This document shows positions 28,873 through 32,000 of a stretch of DNA of 32,000 nt, one piece after another. Below the pieces are notes generated by a model. It searched no databases and was not told the DNA's origin. It saw nothing but the letters and a program-made list of their open reading frames with translations. The DNA lies in NCBI RefSeq assembly GCF_029504745.1, contig NZ_JAQFIQ010000011.1, positions 1 through 32,000 of the forward strand. The letters are read 5' to 3'. The number at the start of each line of letters is the position of its first letter. Positions within the stretch are counted from its first letter, which is position 1. This stretch comes from Breznakia sp. PF5-3 (GTDB taxonomy: Bacteria > Bacillota_I > Bacilli_A > Erysipelotrichales > Erysipelotrichaceae). The translations under genes were made by a program, and so were the position numbers.

Positions 28873-29495
28873 ATTAGGATATTTTAAAAAAGTTGAATTA
28901 TCCGAAAGGTATGGAAAAGGTAAAGTAAAACTATTAATTGATGAATTAAGAGAAAATGGACAACTTAAAGAAGGTACTGGTATTGAAAAAGAAGAAAACG
29001 ATTTAGTAAATGTTGTGGGTAATATTATTGGAGAAGTTGAAGTAGTGGAAAGAGAAAATAAAAATGGAGGACCATTCAAAGTAGCGACTTCTCTATTGTG
29101 TCAAATGATGAAAACGGAGAGAAGTTTTATACAAATTGCTTTGCCTATGGAGAAAATGCGATATTTCAAAAAATTTAAAGCAAGGAAATTCTGTAAAAGC
29201 GTTTGGTCAAGTTAGAACTTCAATGGATGACGATGGTAAAGTTTATAGTAATATAAAAGTATTGCTTTCAAAGCTTTCAAAAGCAAAAGAACAGATGGAG
29301 CTCGTGGAAGAAAAAAAAGAATCTGTTCTTGGTGCTATCAAGAAATATAAGGTTGAAGAAAAAGGAAAGAATCTAAGAAAAAAGAAACATCAAAAGAAAC
29401 TGAAAGATAAGATGCGTTGGTGTGGTCTTATAACTGCACCGATATTTTTTTGTATGAAAGTTCGAGAAAACGTAATAATATACTGTGAAAAGTGA
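28873..29495 (+). pseudogene. SSB-like OB-fold protein gene with at least two frameshifts
   Basis: Three frames stitched together read VNVVGNIIGEVEVVERENKNGGPFKVA / FSIVSNDENGEKFYTNCFAYGENAIFQK / NLKQGNSVKAFGQVRTSMDDDGKVYSNIKV, the layout of a phage/ICE single-stranded DNA-binding protein. There is no start codon at the 5' side. Confidence 0.45.
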
Positions 29496-29554
29496 ATATA
29501 TTATGCTATAATGTAACAGACTAATTTTGAAATAGAGTAAGGATGGAGGTTGCT

Positions 29555-29770
29555 ATGTCAAAATTAAGCTATAAAAAGTTATTTAAAATATTGATAGATA
29601 TTGATATGACAAACGCAGAACTTATGGATAAAGCAAAAATCAGCAAGAGTACATTTTATAAAATGAAAAATGGTGAAAACATTACCACTGACGTATTACT
29701 TCGAGTTTGTGATGTGTTGAAATGTGATGTTTCTGATATTGTTGAATGTGTGGAGGTAAAAAAATGTTAA
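29555..29770 (+). CDS. small XRE/Cro-type HTH regulator (candidate controller protein of the R-M module)
   Basis: 71 aa; HTH MTNAELMDKAKISKSTFYKMKNGENITTDVLLRVCDVL. GGAGG lies 5 nt before the ATG at 29555. Its stop overlaps the methyltransferase start. Confidence 0.75.
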   Translation: MSKLSYKKLFKILIDIDMTNAELMDKAKISKSTFYKMKNGENITTDVLLRVCDVLKCDVSDIVECVEVKKC

Positions 29771-30843
29771 AAGTAGCTACAGGTTTTAGTGGAATTGGTG
29801 CTTTTGAACAAGCTTTAAAAAGATTGAATATAGACCATGAGATTCTATTCGCTTGTGATAATGGAGAAAGATACTTAGATTTAGATAAAGATGAAATTAT
29901 TGAAAATTATGATTTAAAAAAATATGACACATTCGAAGATTATATAAGAGATTTATATGATAAAACTGGAAAAGAAAACAATGTTAAGAAATCATATTTT
30001 GCAAATTATGATATTGATGAAAATAAATGGTATGAAGACATTAGGTTTATGGATGTAAAACAGTATAAGGATCAAATTGATATTTTTGTTGGAGGTAGTC
30101 CTTGTCAAAGCTTTTCTACATATGGTTTTAGGCGTGGCTTAGAAGATACTAGAGGAACTCTTTTCTATGATTACGCAAGAATTATACAAGACACTCACCC
30201 AAAAGTTTTTATTTTTGAAAATGTTACTGGTCTATTAAATCATGACAATGGTAAAACTTGGGAAATAATAAAAAGTACATTTTTGGAGTTAGATTATGAT
30301 ATAAAAATGGAAATATTGAATGCTAAAGATTACAATTTGCCGCAACTTAGAAGAAGAGTATTTGTAGTTGGAATAAAAAAAGAATTCGACATTAAAGATT
30401 TTACATTCCCAAAGAAGGTTGAATTAACAAGAAATAGTTCTATGTTCCTTGATAAACATGTGGATAATAAATACTATTTGGGTGAAAAAGGATTTAAATT
30501 CGTTACTGACCCGTCTCGAAATGGCAGACGAGCAAGAGTGAATCAGGAAGTGATTGGATGCCAAACAGCAAATCAGCAATTTAATTGGGTAGGTGATTTC
30601 AGGGTAGAAAAACCAACAAAAGGTCAACTTGAGGATGATAAAATATATAAAGGTATGTACGAAGGGGAAATATCAGTGGCAAGGAAGATGACACCGAATG
30701 AGCTTTTACGCTTAATGGGATTTGAAAAATTTAATATTGTAGTTCCAGATAAAGTTATTTGGAGACAAACTGGAAATTCAATAGCAGTCGATGTTTTAAT
30801 GGCATTAGTAAAAGAAATACTCGACCAAGTAGATTTGATATAG
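29764..30843 (+). CDS. DNA (cytosine-5)-methyltransferase
   Basis: Motif I FSGIGAF, motif IV GGSPCQSFS, motif VI ENV, motif VIII QLRRRVF, motif X GNSIAVDV. ATG at 29764 with GGAGG upstream. Confidence 0.9.
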   Translation: MLKVATGFSGIGAFEQALKRLNIDHEILFACDNGERYLDLDKDEIIENYDLKKYDTFEDYIRDLYDKTGKENNVKKSYFANYDIDENKWYEDIRFMDVKQYKDQIDIFVGGSPCQSFSTYGFRRGLEDTRGTLFYDYARIIQDTHPKVFIFENVTGLLNHDNGKTWEIIKSTFLELDYDIKMEILNAKDYNLPQLRRRVFVVGIKKEFDIKDFTFPKKVELTRNSSMFLDKHVDNKYYLGEKGFKFVTDPSRNGRRARVNQEVIGCQTANQQFNWVGDFRVEKPTKGQLEDDKIYKGMYEGEISVARKMTPNELLRLMGFEKFNIVVPDKVIWRQTGNSIAVDVLMALVKEILDQVDLI

Positions 30844-30856
30844 GAGGATGTGAGAT

Positions 30857-32000
30857 ATGAATGAAAGTCTTAACGATTGGTATATAGATCGAGCTAGTAA
30901 TGTATATGTCGATGGATTTGAAGATATGCTAATCTTTTTTTATAAAAACTGTAAAGAGAAAATTAGTAGTTCTAGTTTATCCAATTTAATAACTTTAGAT
31001 AATAAGCTTAAATTTTCTAAAGGCAACCCAAATGCAACATTAACACACTATAGAGATATTGGGGTATTAAACAAAGAGAATAAAATAGGTTCATCGGCAA
31101 GTGAGTTTGTCAATGGAAAACTTGATTTATCTTCACTTATAATTGATTTGTTTTTTAGACGATTTTCGAAAAAACAACATACTAGTAAGGTTGTCCGTCC
31201 TTTTGTTGTTATATGTAAATTTTTTGATATTTTATTCAAAATGGAAATTGATAAAGATGATGTATTTTTAAATAGTAGAGAATGTATAAAATATTTGTAT
31301 CTTATAAATGAGTATGCTGAACTAGATTTTGAGTATGTTGAAGATATGCTTTCTAATCGAATATATGATGCAAAAAATAATAAAATAGGTAGCTATGAAT
31401 TTAAATCCAATGAGGCAACTAATATAAATATATGGTTTAATGCTCTAAGGGAAACTCCATTATTTTTGCCAGTAGATGGAAACAAGGAAAATTTATTCCC
31501 TAATGTTGATCAAAGAGAATTTTTTGCATTTGTAGCAGCCAATGGAGAATTTGTATCAAGTAAAAAAATTGAAAACAGTGAAGATTTATATAATTATTAT
31601 TGTAACAAAAATTTTGGAATTACAGAAATATTGCCTAGGGTTATTTTAAAAGAGGCAAAAATTACAGATGAAAAAGAAATAGAAAAAATATTTGATTATT
31701 TATTCGGTTATAAAATGTTTAAAGATTTTGAGTATTTTAGATATTTCAAATACCCTTGTTTTGGAGTGTATTTTCCTTTTATTTCAGTCCCTCAAATTGC
31801 TATTAGACAAATAGATTATGATAATCCTAATATTGGTAATAGTTTGTATCAATATTTGAGAGATTATAAGAAAGTAATACAAAGAAGGGAGAATTCAATG
31901 AGCAATTTGTTGGCAGATAATTCTAGTGTATTTAATGATATTAAATGTAATAAATTGGATTACAATATTCAAAATTTATATTTTGGTGCTCCAGGTACAG
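30857..32000 (+). CDS. restriction subunit with long novel N-terminal domain followed by a McrB-like AAA+ (GTPase) domain; 3' end outside the window
   Basis: Not in the ORF track because it has no stop. I read 381 consecutive sense codons from ATG 30857 (RBS AGGAGG) to base 32000. The last residues, NLYFGAPGT(G), begin a Walker A box of the McrB/AAA_5 kind. It lies directly downstream of the m5C methyltransferase. Confidence 0.7.
   Translation, partial: MNESLNDWYIDRASNVYVDGFEDMLIFFYKNCKEKISSSSLSNLITLDNKLKFSKGNPNATLTHYRDIGVLNKENKIGSSASEFVNGKLDLSSLIIDLFFRRFSKKQHTSKVVRPFVVICKFFDILFKMEIDKDDVFLNSRECIKYLYLINEYAELDFEYVEDMLSNRIYDAKNNKIGSYEFKSNEATNINIWFNALRETPLFLPVDGNKENLFPNVDQREFFAFVAANGEFVSSKKIENSEDLYNYYCNKNFGITEILPRVILKEAKITDEKEIEKIFDYLFGYKMFKDFEYFRYFKYPCFGVYFPFISVPQIAIRQIDYDNPNIGNSLYQYLRDYKKVIQRRENSMSNLLADNSSVFNDIKCNKLDYNIQNLYFGAPGT

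Larger units (their letters stand above)
25814..28880 (+). pseudogene. tyrosine recombinase (phage-type integrase) pseudogene, disrupted by an IS21 element, frameshifts and a nonsense codon
   Basis: MQKTVGMTLKEELQSFV stops at 25865, then continues in another frame as ...FSELCELCYKQCRVKGLEEVTLK up to the IS. After the IS it resumes in phase: DYKFSCDYFLKYAGKG...VNSYQFKISPVIHYGYDRG (SAM-like N-domain). Then a stop and frameshift, then ELKLLLKKPKKKSFAQYRT*VIINILISTGIRAKKLRELLVSSIDLENKVICLPHTKNKKGTYL (catalytic-domain start with the active-site Arg region). The remainder is missing. Confidence 0.75.

Noticed and set aside
222-31239. Many 60-115-aa ORFs in the track lying antisense to or nested in longer genes (222..413, 1789..1974, 5152..5394, 9358..9688, 11600..11785, 12197..12426, 12809..13051, 13385..13795, 14713..15036, 19099..19762, 20456..21718, 23193..23498, 24321..24539, 26501..26773, 27855..28097, 28852..29079, 30424..30627, 31048..31239)
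   Set aside because: All overlap a longer ORF with clear family motifs on the other strand or frame. They lack RBSs and have low-complexity or hydrophobic 'shadow' composition typical of AT-rich genomes.
23650-32000. attL/attR direct repeats of the guaA 3' end delimiting the island
   Set aside because: I found no second copy of the guaA terminal sequence (…ACGATAGAGTGGGAGTAG) inside the window. The right boundary is probably beyond 32000, so no att site is reported.
1-32000. CRISPR arrays, tRNA or rRNA genes
   Set aside because: I saw no regularly spaced direct repeats, no cloverleaf-like GC-rich 70-90-nt segments and no rRNA-like sequence on either strand.

Overview
Low-GC (about 30% by eye) Bacillota-type chromosomal segment in three parts. 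(i) 1-7566 is an accessory polymorphic-toxin locus. It holds the 3' end of an RHS/YD-repeat toxin with a variable C-terminal tip and a downstream immunity-type gene, an orphan YD-repeat fragment, an orphan ParB-like toxin tip on the opposite strand, and several immunity-like orphan genes. Inside it, two ~260-bp inverted repeats (206-bp core, about 97% identical) bracket a three-gene minus-strand cassette: an HNH-nuclease protein, a 255-aa protein with no family I recognise, and a small 4-TM protein. This cassette is my best candidate for an undescribed system (defence/abortive infection, or a new toxin-immunity type). (ii) 7585-23697 is ordinary core genome: GAF/MsrC-like protein, DUF402 nucleoside phosphatase, FemAB transferase, tsaE-tsaB-rimI-tsaD, rex, asnS, lipoproteins, GNAT, sigma-54, a membrane metallophosphoesterase, a lysine-riboswitch-controlled amino-acid ABC transporter, and guaA. 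(iii) 23698-32000 is an island immediately downstream of guaA. It carries a translationally coupled DUF262 + HEPN (Rx4H) pair and a tyrosine-integrase pseudogene split by an IS21-family element (5-bp target duplication GAAAG). It also carries a frameshifted SSB-like gene and an HTH / m5C-methyltransferase / McrB-like (LlaJI-type) restriction module that runs off the window. I saw no rRNA, tRNA or CRISPR array. All family calls come from motifs read by eye; no database search was possible.
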